DNA from: Giardia intestinalis
Lineage: Eukaryota
DNA: 64,000 nucleotides
Assembly (NCBI GenBank): GCA_000002435.2
Contig: CM018792.1
Direction: 5' to 3' (one strand)
This document shows positions 1-9,973 of the stretch, one piece after another. The number at the start of each line of letters is the position of its first letter. Position 1 is the stretch's first letter. Position numbers and translations under genes: made by a program. Under the pieces are notes generated by a model. The model was not told the origin of the DNA and made no database searches. It saw nothing but the letters and a program-made list of their open reading frames with translations.

Positions 1-26
1 CTTCCGTTTACAAGAGTATTCATTGC

Positions 27-929
27 TTACTCATCGAAGAAGCCCGCATAGGCCTGCTCCTCGATGCTACAGTCGTTTATGCCGCGGATCATGCGGAAGT
101 AGCCGTCCTCGCCCCAGTCAGGACCCCAGGAGTTGCGGATGATCCAGTAGTCAACGCCGTCGTCGTCTGTGCCGTAGCCCACCATCTCGACTGCGTGGCC
201 ACCCTCCATGTATCCGTAGGTGTGCTGGTAGACGCCGCTCTCGTAGTACATGAAGTCGGAGTAGACCAAGAAGGCGACCTGGAGAGGGCCGCTCGTGGAC
301 AGGGCCTTCATCATGGCGGGTATGTCAAGCCCGTAATCCTTGTAAGACGTGGCGGTGGCCAAGTGAACCTTGCTCGATCCATCGGCGCACTTCGTCGGGC
401 AGGTGCCACGGAGAGTTGTCGACCCGCTCTTGTAGGGGACGCACTCGTCGGTGGTCGTTCCAGTCTTGGTAAGGAACTTCCAGACATTCGGGAGCCAGCC
501 CCCATTGCAAGCCATGTCGCCATGATCACAGGAGACCACGTACTGTGGGGAGTACTTGACAGGCTTCTTGTCGAGCCCAGCGACGCAGCGGCGATCACCA
601 AAGGTGGCAACAGAGGAGAAGGCCCAGCAGGAGCCGCACCCGCCCTGGTCGACAACCTCGGGGATGCAGTGAGGATACTCCTCGCGGAAGTCAAAAGACT
701 CAGGCACGTCGTCCTTATCGGTAAAAGTGCCACGGGGTGCGGCGCCCTTTGCGTTCTTAAGGAAGGAAACAGGCATAAGGAGACTCGAGATCTCGTCCTT
801 CGTGAGCCCCTCGAAGCGCTTCGGGATGCCCGCCTTCCACCTGGGATTCAGGGACTTGATGTGGTTAAGCTCGGAGACCGTCAGGGCGGGCGCAGAGAAA
901 GCTGCAGCGGCGAGGAGAAAGAGCTTCAT
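27..929 (-). CDS. Cathepsin B-like cysteine protease (papain family C1), secreted; Giardia CP2/CP3-type
   Basis: Translation begins MKLFLLAAAAFSAPALTV, a signal peptide. It contains the papain active-site Cys motif QGGCGSCWAFS, a His region GGHAVEMVGYG, and Asn-Ser-Trp (IRNSWG). The start was trimmed from the track ORF (27..1013) to the ATG at 927-929, which I verified as 'cat' on the plus strand. Protein length is 301 aa. Confidence 0.9.
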   Translation of the reverse strand: MKLFLLAAAAFSAPALTVSELNHIKSLNPRWKAGIPKRFEGLTKDEISSLLMPVSFLKNAKGAAPRGTFTDKDDVPESFDFREEYPHCIPEVVDQGGCGSCWAFSSVATFGDRRCVAGLDKKPVKYSPQYVVSCDHGDMACNGGWLPNVWKFLTKTGTTTDECVPYKSGSTTLRGTCPTKCADGSSKVHLATATSYKDYGLDIPAMMKALSTSGPLQVAFLVYSDFMYYESGVYQHTYGYMEGGHAVEMVGYGTDDDGVDYWIIRNSWGPDWGEDGYFRMIRGINDCSIEEQAYAGFFDE

Positions 930-1040
930 TTTAAAATTGGAGGAAAAGCGTGGACCAAAAAAACAAAAAATGAAATCGCATTCAGAACAATACAGTCTGA
1001 CACCCAGTAACACTAAAAAAACGTTTGACTGTTCGGATGA

Positions 1041-3383
1041 TCACCGCAGAGAAGGTAGGGAAAACTCCGTCTGTGTAATAAAAGGGATCCAGGCGGCCTC
1101 TGTGAAGAGTTTGTTGCTATCTGCAGATGCGTATGCCGGAAAGACCAGATTGTATGTCACTCCCTGCTCGAGTCGAGATGCTGTTCTGATCTGGTCTCCC
1201 TGGACACTATAGCAACGGCTTTCTGCGACAATGGTTTTTTTGAAAAGACCCAGTAACAGTGTCACGTACACAAAGAGTTGCATATACGAGGCGTCGCTCG
1301 GGAATCTTGAGGGTATTGCTTCCAGATTATTGTTAGCAGCACTACAAACTGATTGAACAAGAGACGGTGGACTTTCGCCGCGTTCTAATGGAGCTGTCAG
1401 CTTTGTCCTTCCACAGCAATCTGTACTGTTATTAAAATTGCTCAGCATTGCCAGCACGAAGTGTAGGCTAGACAGGAAGTTTGGATCACGTTCTTCCAGC
1501 TCATTAGTCTTAGAGCTTGCGATTACGCTTGCAATATGGACCAGCGCGCATTGAACTTCGTTTCCCCACTTATTTAAGATAAAATAGGCCCCAAGTTGCA
1601 TCGAGAGGATACTAAGTTCATCTGAGTCCTTGTTACTTCCTAATTGACGGTGCTTGCGATAGTTGTAAATGACTATCTCCTTTTCTGGAAGTAGAGTTGC
1701 GGGTAGAAAGTACAGAAGAAAGTAGAACATCTGCTTCTGCATCCAAACGTACGTATCGTTTGAGAGCGAAAGCATGAGGTCGTGTAGGGCGATATAAGGG
1801 TTGTCGGCCCCTGTCTGGAGACTCTGGATGCGTGCTTGGTTGTGGGCCATAACATCCCTTGTATGCTTAGCCAAGGCTTGTACCTCGAGCTGTACCTCCT
1901 CCAGACGCACCTCCTTGTAGTTAGTATCCTCTGCAATACCAAGTGAATTATCGCGATGTTCTAAATCGGATGTGTATTTCTCAACTAGTTGACGTAGGAG
2001 CGTCTCCAGTGGAATATCTAATAATGCTCTCATAACACTCTCTTCCCCTTTCTCCTTGATTGCTCCTGAGACTGAATGAGCAAAAGAGAGCTCTGAAGAA
2101 AAGGGTGGCAGGATGCTGTTAGCGCCATATGTATTCAATAGGTATGCCCGCAGTGACGGGTTCTTTGCGTCAGTTGTCGGCGAATAATAAGGACTGAGGA
2201 GTAGGTCTGCAATGTCATCACCATTGGTGTTGCTTGATAATTTCACCGGATGTTCCTCTTCGGTTGTATTGAAACTTTCTTTTTTCTCTTCTTGGCTGGT
2301 GGATTGCAACGCGAATAGACTGTGTCTCCCGGTCTCATCCTTGGGGTAAATATACTTTATCGACGAGTCTCGTATCTGTAGACCCAGTAGTTCCTTAGTG
2401 AAGTCGATTACAGTAGTTCCACCTGGTTCAGACCAGGGGCACAAGAGGAAAACTCCTGATAAGAACAATAGAGAGCCTTGCACGTCGACGCTGTTGAAGA
2501 ACGGAGCAGGATGCTCTGTTAACGTGTCATGCTGCAGTGAGTAGTGGAGATACTCAGACTTGCGGCAGTTGCTCGCTTCCTGGGCAATAAGCACTATGGA
2601 ATTCTCTGTGATGGCGACAGAGTTGCGAATGGGTAGGCCATGCAGGTGTGTGCTTTGAGCACTCATCACCATTCCACTTGGACCTAGATTGATCTTATGA
2701 AGGTTGGCCTGAAAGGCCGGTACGGATGCTCCATCACAGATAGGATGGTCCGTAAGGAAGTAAATAACCATTGCAGCATCATGCTTGAGAGAGGTTGGAG
2801 GGTCTTGTATGTCTGCCTTGTGAATGGAAGCGACGCATTTAAAACGTCCAGAATGGCCCCTTGGGGGAGGCGGAGGGGGCGGGCTTTTGTTGCTTATAAA
2901 ATTTGGCGGGGTAGGTGGCAGAACTTGGAGCTTGATGAAGAAAGGTCTTTGTTGTTTACCAGGGTCAGTAGTCGGCTCCTGCATAGAACAGACATCCACC
3001 AATTGCATCGCAACATCCTGACCCTCTATAAGTCTATATGCTGTTTGTACCAGTCGCAGCTCATTGCAGTCTTTCCTGAAAAGAAAGATGAGATATTGAC
3101 TAACACCTTCGACATCCACTAAATTGCATAGTCCCAGAGGCTTCATGATCTCCCTTAGCTCTGTGACGCACACTCTTGGCTGTATCATCAGAGAAACAGT
3201 GAGCCTTGCACTGATTATAAGCACTAGGTCTTTAGTGCTCACCACGAAGAGCCTCTCTCCCTGATGCGCCGGAATACATTCATACATAATTTCAACCCAT
3301 GAAGAACCCTCTAGAACATCGATGCTTATCGCTGTGCCCCTATCATGTAATCTGTACGTGTCATTTTGATGATTAAATAGCAT
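1041..3383 (-). CDS. Hypothetical protein (about 780 aa) with a poly-Pro tract PPPPPPPRGH
   Basis: A long uninterrupted ORF. The track start at 3390-3392 is GTG, and the first ATG is at 3381-3383 (protein starts MLFNHQNDTY). I recognise no family motif. Coding is supported by length and by the absence of competing long ORFs. Confidence 0.55.
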   Translation of the reverse strand: MLFNHQNDTYRLHDRGTAISIDVLEGSSWVEIMYECIPAHQGERLFVVSTKDLVLIISARLTVSLMIQPRVCVTELREIMKPLGLCNLVDVEGVSQYLIFLFRKDCNELRLVQTAYRLIEGQDVAMQLVDVCSMQEPTTDPGKQQRPFFIKLQVLPPTPPNFISNKSPPPPPPPRGHSGRFKCVASIHKADIQDPPTSLKHDAAMVIYFLTDHPICDGASVPAFQANLHKINLGPSGMVMSAQSTHLHGLPIRNSVAITENSIVLIAQEASNCRKSEYLHYSLQHDTLTEHPAPFFNSVDVQGSLLFLSGVFLLCPWSEPGGTTVIDFTKELLGLQIRDSSIKYIYPKDETGRHSLFALQSTSQEEKKESFNTTEEEHPVKLSSNTNGDDIADLLLSPYYSPTTDAKNPSLRAYLLNTYGANSILPPFSSELSFAHSVSGAIKEKGEESVMRALLDIPLETLLRQLVEKYTSDLEHRDNSLGIAEDTNYKEVRLEEVQLEVQALAKHTRDVMAHNQARIQSLQTGADNPYIALHDLMLSLSNDTYVWMQKQMFYFLLYFLPATLLPEKEIVIYNYRKHRQLGSNKDSDELSILSMQLGAYFILNKWGNEVQCALVHIASVIASSKTNELEERDPNFLSSLHFVLAMLSNFNNSTDCCGRTKLTAPLERGESPPSLVQSVCSAANNNLEAIPSRFPSDASYMQLFVYVTLLLGLFKKTIVAESRCYSVQGDQIRTASRLEQGVTYNLVFPAYASADSNKLFTEAAWIPFITQTEFSLPSLR

Positions 3384-3452
3384 TTTTATCACAGACCTGC
3401 ATGCACATAGAATGGCCGAATAAAGTCATAAGTTTACTAAAAGTTAGTCAGA

Positions 3453-5972
3453 TCACGGCTCCTCCGAGTCTTGATACTCCAGCCCCTGGCCGTCTGGGAT
3501 GAGCGTGGTATTTTGTTCACAGAATATTGCATCTTCCCGGTCCATCCTCTTACGAAGACGAATAAGAAGCACTACTGTAACAACGATGAGAATGAGTACA
3601 ATAATGAAGACAATAACTCCTACTATGAGGCCTGTATTTGTCTGGCTGTTGCTCTTTGGGAAAACGCATATGTTGACGCCATTGAATAAGGACAACCGGT
3701 ATCCAGCCACACACTCATAACATGTGGACCCGCTGGAGGAGCCTCTCTTCTCGATACAAAGACGACACCCTTCCGAGCACGGATTAATGGATGCATCCTC
3801 GGAATTGTAGTAGTATCCATCCATCGCCAGGTTGCATTGAGTCCCATTGTCGCAACTCAAACAGTTCTCCATGCACTGCTCTATTGTTTTAGATTCTGTG
3901 ATATAAAACCCTTTTGCTGCTTTCTCGCATATAGACTTACCATCCTTTTTTTCCAGGCTGCAAATCTCACAGTTGGGATCGCACTGCTGGCAGATCATTG
4001 TGATTGGCGAGCTCGTTGTGTCGAGGGTCAGATAGAATCCTTGTGCACACACGGAGCAATGATATTCCCTTTCACATAACTCACAGTTGGCCAGGCATTT
4101 AACACATTGTGTTCCAGCGAGATAGTAACCTGGTGCACAGTTAGTACACTCAAAAGACGCAGTGCCTGTTTGCTTACATTCAGCGCAATTTTCGATACAC
4201 GTAAGGCAGCTGGATACCCCGTTGCTCGTTGATAAGAAGTATCCTGGAGCACATGTGCCACAGGAAGTGGCGGAGCTGCAAATAGCACAGTTATCCATGC
4301 ACTTTGCGCAAGTGTGTGTCTCAGAAACATAGTACCCAGTCTCGCAGCCCAAACATCGACCATCAGAAAGACACTTCAAACAGCGGTCTTGGCAAGAGAG
4401 ACACTCTCCATTAAACAGGAACATCCCTGACTTACAATCCGTGCATGTTCTGGTATCTCCGACGCACTTAGCACATCCAAGTGTTATGCTCTCACAGAAA
4501 ATGCACTGTGGTCCACCCTCGGGGCCAGGAGACGCATTAGAAGCGCAGATCAGACAGACACCTGTCGAATCGCAAACCTGGCAGCCAGGTATATGAGCAC
4601 AGGAGATGCATGTATCCTGCTCCCCCGACGGGCTTGGGTTAAGGTAGTACCCTTCGTCACATGTTGTGCACTGGGGTGTACCATCATTCGTGCATTCTAC
4701 ACAATGTGCTATGCCACAACCCTTGATAACGCACTGCCCATTGACCAATGTTGCTATGTCCCTGCACTTAGAACACTTGTTGGAAAGAGGAGGACATTGA
4801 ATACAGTTTTCCAAAGACACGCCAAGACATTTGTACGTGGTACACATATCACCGCTATATCCCGATAAACAAGAAGTACACTTACTCAAGGACTCACAAC
4901 TGGCACAACCTAAAGGGCATTCAACACATGATTCATAGAAGATATTATCAAGCGTGTAACTCTTAAAGCGCCCACTGCTGCAAGAACCGCATGCATTGGG
5001 ATCAATCTGGTCACAGCTGGCACAGCCCTCGAATAGGTTAAACCCACATTGCCGAACAACACAGTTCACGCCACTTAGTCCAGATTCGCAAGGTGTACAA
5101 ATCCCGCTAGTGTTTGGTGCGTACCCATCAAAGCAAACGCCGCACTTTCCCGTCGTCCCACAAGACGTGCAGTGCTCCAATTTCTTGAGTCCGCACTTCA
5201 GAAGGGAGCACTCAGGCCCTAAACGCCCATCTGGACATGCCACGCATTTCCCCAAGCTCACCAAGACACCGTCAATCATTGTCTGTTCATAGACATCTAG
5301 CTTGTAGTCATCGTTGCACTCCCTACACATCATACTATTGTCAGGGCCGCAGACCTTACAGTCATAAATAGCAAAGCCGTTACACTGCTTTTGGCGGCAG
5401 TTGTTGCCACTGGTTCCCTCAGGACACGGCTCACACCTACCTTCGTCGGTCAACTGATAGTCCTCATCGCAAGTCTCACAGGAAGCTTGTATGCCCTTAC
5501 ATTTTGAGCAATAGGGGATTACAGTACTAGCACACAACCTATCTGCACAGTTCTTTCCCATTCTATCGTCTTCGCACGCAACGCATCGATCCCCTACTCG
5601 GTGGCTTCCAAGAGCACATGTCTTACAGCCGCTGCCATCTTCTGTGCACTCTTGGCAATTCGTCATTAGAATGTTGCACATGATATCTGCACAATTGTAT
5701 CCCGTGGTGTTTGTCTTGCCAAGATCCTTTGTACAATCATAGCATGCAGAAAGATCTGGGTACTTAGGCCCATATCCATTATCACATGTTTTGCACAGAG
5801 ATCCAGTCTTAGTACATGTCACACAGTGCTCAATTTCTTTTCCTCTACATGAAATTGACACATTTAGGCTTAGTGGCGGACTTGATGACAGATTGCTATC
5901 TTTAGCATCAGGGGTTTGCGAACAATAAAGTATAAAGAGACCAAAAAGCAGGGTGATAGAGGAACAGGGCAT
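3453..5972 (-). CDS. High cysteine membrane protein (HCMP; VSP-like CxxC-repeat type-I membrane protein, not a VSP)
   Basis: There is a signal peptide (MPCSSITLLFGLFILYCS) and about 840 aa dominated by CxxC/GxC repeats. A single C-terminal TM helix (IVGVIVFIIVLILIVVTVVLLI) is followed by a 35-aa cytoplasmic tail that does not end in CRGKA. The track start (5997-5999) is TTG, and the ATG is at 5970-5972. AGTAAAC follows downstream of the stop on the minus strand (complement of gtttact at about 3431-3437). Confidence 0.8.
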   Translation of the reverse strand: MPCSSITLLFGLFILYCSQTPDAKDSNLSSSPPLSLNVSISCRGKEIEHCVTCTKTGSLCKTCDNGYGPKYPDLSACYDCTKDLGKTNTTGYNCADIMCNILMTNCQECTEDGSGCKTCALGSHRVGDRCVACEDDRMGKNCADRLCASTVIPYCSKCKGIQASCETCDEDYQLTDEGRCEPCPEGTSGNNCRQKQCNGFAIYDCKVCGPDNSMMCRECNDDYKLDVYEQTMIDGVLVSLGKCVACPDGRLGPECSLLKCGLKKLEHCTSCGTTGKCGVCFDGYAPNTSGICTPCESGLSGVNCVVRQCGFNLFEGCASCDQIDPNACGSCSSGRFKSYTLDNIFYESCVECPLGCASCESLSKCTSCLSGYSGDMCTTYKCLGVSLENCIQCPPLSNKCSKCRDIATLVNGQCVIKGCGIAHCVECTNDGTPQCTTCDEGYYLNPSPSGEQDTCISCAHIPGCQVCDSTGVCLICASNASPGPEGGPQCIFCESITLGCAKCVGDTRTCTDCKSGMFLFNGECLSCQDRCLKCLSDGRCLGCETGYYVSETHTCAKCMDNCAICSSATSCGTCAPGYFLSTSNGVSSCLTCIENCAECKQTGTASFECTNCAPGYYLAGTQCVKCLANCELCEREYHCSVCAQGFYLTLDTTSSPITMICQQCDPNCEICSLEKKDGKSICEKAAKGFYITESKTIEQCMENCLSCDNGTQCNLAMDGYYYNSEDASINPCSEGCRLCIEKRGSSSGSTCYECVAGYRLSLFNGVNICVFPKSNSQTNTGLIVGVIVFIIVLILIVVTVVLLIRLRKRMDREDAIFCEQNTTLIPDGQGLEYQDSEEP

Positions 5973-6048
5973 CTTCCAAAACCCAATAACCAGAGCCAAA
6001 CTGCTTTTTTATTTTACAACCTATTAATGTCTAAGTATTATAGTTTAC

Positions 6049-6801
6049 TCATTCAATAACAAGCTTCGACGCTTTTCGCTTGATTTCTCGGACAAGTTGT
6101 TCATAGGCCTTTGTATTTTCTCGTGTCTCTTGAAGTATGGAGAAGGAATTTGTCTTCATTTTGGAGTAAAAGGACGGGGTCGGTAGCCCCTTAGGTTCGT
6201 CTGGCGGAGACTTTTCAAGGTCCTCTAATGAGACACACTGCTTGTAGATAGAGAGAATGGCCTTGGCGATTTGCCTTCTGTAGTCCGTGGAAGTCATAAA
6301 GCAAGGGTAGTCGACCGAGTAAATTGTAGTCAGAATCCTCTCTTTTACTTCTGAAAAGCACGTCTTTACAGCTGGGTGGTTCCTTATAGCGGCTAGGGAG
6401 TGAAAGTCCAGGACCACAGCTACCATGAAGGTTTTCCAGCTGTAGTTCACGCCCTTAGAATTGAAGCGTATCAGATCATTTGTCCACTTTACGCGACAAC
6501 TGTGTATGTCTCGCTGCTGAAACAACTCTTGTGCCTTAGAAAAGTCCAAGGACTCCAAGATTATGAACTGAATAAGTAGCTGGAGGTTGTCTACAAAAGA
6601 CCAATGCTTGTAGCGCTTATTGGGCTTCGACTGCTGTTCGTCCTCGTCACTTGGCGATGCATTCTTTATTCGGTCGAAGTTGGGGATCGTAAGGGTCGGC
6701 ATTTCTATGTGCTCGAAATGATTTGGATTTAGTAACGCGTCTCTGTGCTGCTCGAGAATCTTCTTGTCAAATACGACTGTGTAATACTGCTGAATAGTCA
6801 T
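6049..6801 (-). CDS. Hypothetical protein (about 250 aa)
   Basis: The ORF is 6049..6807, but the track start at 6805-6807 is TTG, and the first ATG is at 6799-6801 (MTIQQYYTVV). I recognise no motif. It is divergent from the tRNase Z gene, with only about 21 bp between the two ATGs. Confidence 0.5.
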   Translation of the reverse strand: MTIQQYYTVVFDKKILEQHRDALLNPNHFEHIEMPTLTIPNFDRIKNASPSDEDEQQSKPNKRYKHWSFVDNLQLLIQFIILESLDFSKAQELFQQRDIHSCRVKWTNDLIRFNSKGVNYSWKTFMVAVVLDFHSLAAIRNHPAVKTCFSEVKERILTTIYSVDYPCFMTSTDYRRQIAKAILSIYKQCVSLEDLEKSPPDEPKGLPTPSFYSKMKTNSFSILQETRENTKAYEQLVREIKRKASKLVIE

Positions 6802-6822
6802 TTTCAATTTATCGCCAGGGGT

Positions 6823-8931
6823 ATGGATGTCTACATCCTTTCTGTTGCCCCCCTATCCCTCCTTATCCGTGCCCTGAACAGTAGTAATGCAGTGCTGGTC
6901 AATGTTCCAGGCGGGACGCAGCGAATCCTGAACTCAAATAAGCTAAAGGTAGGAGATATATCCACAGTGCTCCTGACCAATGCACACCCGTATTTCTTAG
7001 AAGGCCTCTCGGGGCTTCTCCAGACCTTATGCAATAACGGCCCTCCGGTGACTACTGATCTACTGACGAGCGACCCCAGTGTTCTTGATCTTCTAGAAAC
7101 ACTCAACAATTTTGCACATACACCATATTGGGATGGACGCACTGTACTGTTTAGTAAGACATACCAGGACTATTCCACTGCTTTGTATGCGATACGCGCC
7201 ATAATCCTGGATTCAGAAATGCCACTCTTATTCTCCATAGAGCATGTTGTGACGAAGCGTAAGTTGGACAAGAAGAAAATTAAGGAGCTAAGATTGACCG
7301 GTCTTCAATGCAAGGAGCTGGCAGCTGGAAGCACGGTTGTTCATGAAGGTGTCCCCATTATTCCCGATGATGTCTCTGTGCTGGCGACTACCCGTAGCGT
7401 TATCATTCTAATGGATACATACTATCCCGAGAAAACAGAGCAAATACTCTCAGCCGTGTTAGAACTAGTTCAAAAGGAAGGGTCGTTTCTTATTTGTGCA
7501 TCTGAGCGGTACAGGCCTCTGTTATCAGCGAAAGTGTTGAAGCGGAATACGTTAGATATTGTATACTGTGCCGACAGCTACACCCTTAAATCTCCAAATG
7601 ATCCAGGTGTTCTCACGGCATATGCAGATTTTGTTGGTTTGCGCAGAATTTGGAATGTACTTGTTCCTCATGCACTTATACCTCCTCTCGAATCGTGTTT
7701 GGCCTCAGAAACTCCCAGTCTGACAAGGTTTTTTCTCAGCACTGCTCTAGAGCGATTTGCTCCGATTCGGCTTTCTACTTTGCAAGACCTTATATCTAGC
7801 CTGGAAATCTATCCCCAATACTCTGGTTTGCTTACAGAGACCGATCCCAGCTTAGCTCCCCTAGCGTGCGTTCACAGTCTAGATGTTCCAGGGCTATTAC
7901 TCTTAGGGACCGGTGCTTCGGTTCCCTCCAAATATCGCAACGTGTCTGGTTACCTGGTTGTCACATCTAGTCGACATACAGTATGCATTGATCCTGGAGA
8001 GGGGACCCTGCAACTATTGGAATGGGCGGCCAGGGGCATATCGGTTTCAGACTTGGTTGTTAGCTTGTCTTTTATTGGCATTACACATAGTCATGCTGAT
8101 CATTATCTTGGATTATCCTCGCTGGTTCACCGGTATTTGCTCGAAGTCATGCGCCTCACAACTGAAGGTGACACAGAAAAACTACATCCTTTGATTATAT
8201 TGGCGGGATCAACAGAACTGTCCTTTTTGGATCACAGTCTTAAGACCCTTGAAAAATCTTATCAACAACTAGCAAATATGTATCTGCAAATATTACCTAG
8301 AGAGGCAACCAACTATTTAGGAAGACTTACCTCCCTTCCGGAGTTCTTGGATGGGTGTCAATCTACTTCTTACTACCTGACAGCTGTACGCGACATTCAG
8401 TTTCTCTGTGTGCCATCTGATCATATCCCCGGCTCTATCTCCATATTCTTGAGGGACAACTCCTTGCAGATCGGTATCGGTATTAGCGGAGATACCAGAC
8501 CCTCTCCGGCCTTCGTTTTTGGGGCGCAAATGCTTAGAGAGGCTAACACTAGGTTCCTAATAATTGTTCATGAAGCTACTTTTGCTGATTCTGAGCAGGA
8601 TCTTGCTGCACTAAAGGGACACAGTACAATAGGCCAAGCAGCCGAACAAATACGAAAATGTGGAGCAGACGTGGGGATTTTCACTCACTTTTCACAGCGA
8701 TACACAAAGAATATTCCAGAATTGTCCTCTGATAAGGATCAGGAGGACAAGGAGGCTCCAATTGACAGGCCTGTCTGCTTGTACGCATCTGACATTATGT
8801 GGCTACCAATTGAACAGCATTCAAATCATCATAGTGTGCATAATTTACCTGTGTCAATCCAGCCCTGGACAGATCTAGCCTCAGTTGTAAAGCAGCTCTA
8901 TGTAATGGCTGACTGTTCCGCTATCAATTGA
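6823..8931 (+). CDS. Ribonuclease Z / tRNase Z long form (ELAC2-like), tRNA 3'-end processing endonuclease
   Basis: The C-terminal metallo-beta-lactamase domain has the HxHxDH motif GITHSHADHYLGL, an HEATF motif, and the family-specific C-terminal motif FTHFSQRY. The N-terminal pseudo-MBL half (NVPGGTQRILNSNKLKVGDISTVLLT...GLSGLL) aligns with the ELAC2 N-terminus. The start was chosen at the ATG at 6823 (MDVYIL...), which I verified. The upstream 26 codons of the track ORF overlap the neighbouring gene. Confidence 0.8.
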   Translation: MDVYILSVAPLSLLIRALNSSNAVLVNVPGGTQRILNSNKLKVGDISTVLLTNAHPYFLEGLSGLLQTLCNNGPPVTTDLLTSDPSVLDLLETLNNFAHTPYWDGRTVLFSKTYQDYSTALYAIRAIILDSEMPLLFSIEHVVTKRKLDKKKIKELRLTGLQCKELAAGSTVVHEGVPIIPDDVSVLATTRSVIILMDTYYPEKTEQILSAVLELVQKEGSFLICASERYRPLLSAKVLKRNTLDIVYCADSYTLKSPNDPGVLTAYADFVGLRRIWNVLVPHALIPPLESCLASETPSLTRFFLSTALERFAPIRLSTLQDLISSLEIYPQYSGLLTETDPSLAPLACVHSLDVPGLLLLGTGASVPSKYRNVSGYLVVTSSRHTVCIDPGEGTLQLLEWAARGISVSDLVVSLSFIGITHSHADHYLGLSSLVHRYLLEVMRLTTEGDTEKLHPLIILAGSTELSFLDHSLKTLEKSYQQLANMYLQILPREATNYLGRLTSLPEFLDGCQSTSYYLTAVRDIQFLCVPSDHIPGSISIFLRDNSLQIGIGISGDTRPSPAFVFGAQMLREANTRFLIIVHEATFADSEQDLAALKGHSTIGQAAEQIRKCGADVGIFTHFSQRYTKNIPELSSDKDQEDKEAPIDRPVCLYASDIMWLPIEQHSNHHSVHNLPVSIQPWTDLASVVKQLYVMADCSAIN

Positions 8932-9865
8932 ATATGTTATGGAAAAAGCGCGAAATAGCGTTCCCCGACTCTCTAGTTCGCTTTGTAAATCGCGGGGGAG
9001 GGTCCATAGCTGCCCCGTAGTAATCTTTGTCGCGATGGTAATTCTCAAGCAAGCTTTCGAAATACTCTAGCCCATTTATGGATGAGCTATCAACCCCATT
9101 GAATATTCCATCGAAGTAGACACGGCAACACAGCTCCTTGACTAATGAGTGCACCATAGTAAATATAGTGTTGTCCGTGCACGACACCTCTATAAGCAAA
9201 TCAACAGAATTGCTGACTAGCTTCATGACGAGGTCAAAGGGCGGCGTGTCAATATCGAGTTTGTTAAGACTAAAGGCAGGATGAAATATATACCTTACAT
9301 GTCTGATGGTCTTATGCGGCGGTGGCTCAATCTGTAGCTGTATGTTAAACCATCCGTCCGGCCTCAGTCCAAGGCGGATTGACTCTGGGGAACACTTTGT
9401 TCTTATGGCGACATTCTTTATCTTCCATCTGCGCTCTCCCATTGGTCCATCCATATCTATGTTTGCGCGGCATAATGGGCATGAAGTATTGTCATAGTGT
9501 AGCCATCTAATGAGGCAGATCCGATGAAAGGTATGGGTGCACGGTAGAACAACGACGTCATTAGGGTCTGGATTCGAATGGGCCGTCTCTCGCACCCTGT
9601 TGCAATCTACAATTGTAGCGCTCCTATCAGGCTCCTTGTGTGGTTTGAGCTGAATGACCAGAGGGAGCTTCTTCTTAGACACCTTCGTTGTTATTCTCTC
9701 CATCTCCACACTCCGATGGGACGGGGTCTGTATGGAGGACATAGATTCACATTCGTGCATGCTTGCTTGACAGATTACACACCAAACGCCGTCCTCAGAC
9801 ATCGAGGTACTTGGAATGGGCGTTGGTGTTTGACCTTGACTGGGAGTAACTCTAAACATAGACAT
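8924..9865 (-). CDS. RING-H2 zinc-finger protein (putative E3 ubiquitin ligase)
   Basis: The N-terminal motif is CVICQ...(insert)...LPCTHTFHRICLIRWL...SCPLCRANI, a C3H2C3 RING-H2. The ATG at 9863-9865 was verified. Its 3' end overlaps the tRNase Z 3' end by 8 nt (convergent). Confidence 0.7.
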   Translation of the reverse strand: MSMFRVTPSQGQTPTPIPSTSMSEDGVWCVICQASMHECESMSSIQTPSHRSVEMERITTKVSKKKLPLVIQLKPHKEPDRSATIVDCNRVRETAHSNPDPNDVVVLPCTHTFHRICLIRWLHYDNTSCPLCRANIDMDGPMGERRWKIKNVAIRTKCSPESIRLGLRPDGWFNIQLQIEPPPHKTIRHVRYIFHPAFSLNKLDIDTPPFDLVMKLVSNSVDLLIEVSCTDNTIFTMVHSLVKELCCRVYFDGIFNGVDSSSINGLEYFESLLENYHRDKDYYGAAMDPPPRFTKRTRESGNAISRFFHNIFN

Positions 9866-9973
9866 GAATTAATTTAATCTAAGTTGATGTGGTTGGGTTC
9901 ATATCCCACTTTCAGGATGAATGTGAACCATGTCTTCATAAGGTCCATAAGTATAGTAGAGCGGAGAAAAAGT

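Noticed and set aside
195-1010. Plus-strand ORF of 271 aa antisense to the cathepsin B gene (also 311..733 and 325..510 minus).
   Set aside because: It lies entirely within or antisense to a strongly supported protease CDS, and its Gly/Arg/Ala-rich low-complexity translation is typical of an antisense artefact of GC3-rich coding DNA.
3453-5972. Calling the three cysteine-rich surface proteins (3453..5972, 38654..40822, 61534..63606) variant-specific surface proteins (VSPs).
   Set aside because: None ends with the invariant VSP cytoplasmic tail CRGKA. Their tails are long and basic (…RLRKRMDRED…, …CKKKTNKV…, …RRRRGSKPISKK…). That pattern fits HCMPs rather than VSPs.
6805-6807. Track-reported starts at 6805-6807, 3390-3392, 5997-5999, 33952, 37321-37323, 38655-38657, 49053, 53693-53695 and 63655-63657.
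   Set aside because: Reading the sequence shows these are TTG/GTG codons, because the ORF track allows bacterial alternative starts. For a eukaryote I moved each start to the first in-frame ATG.
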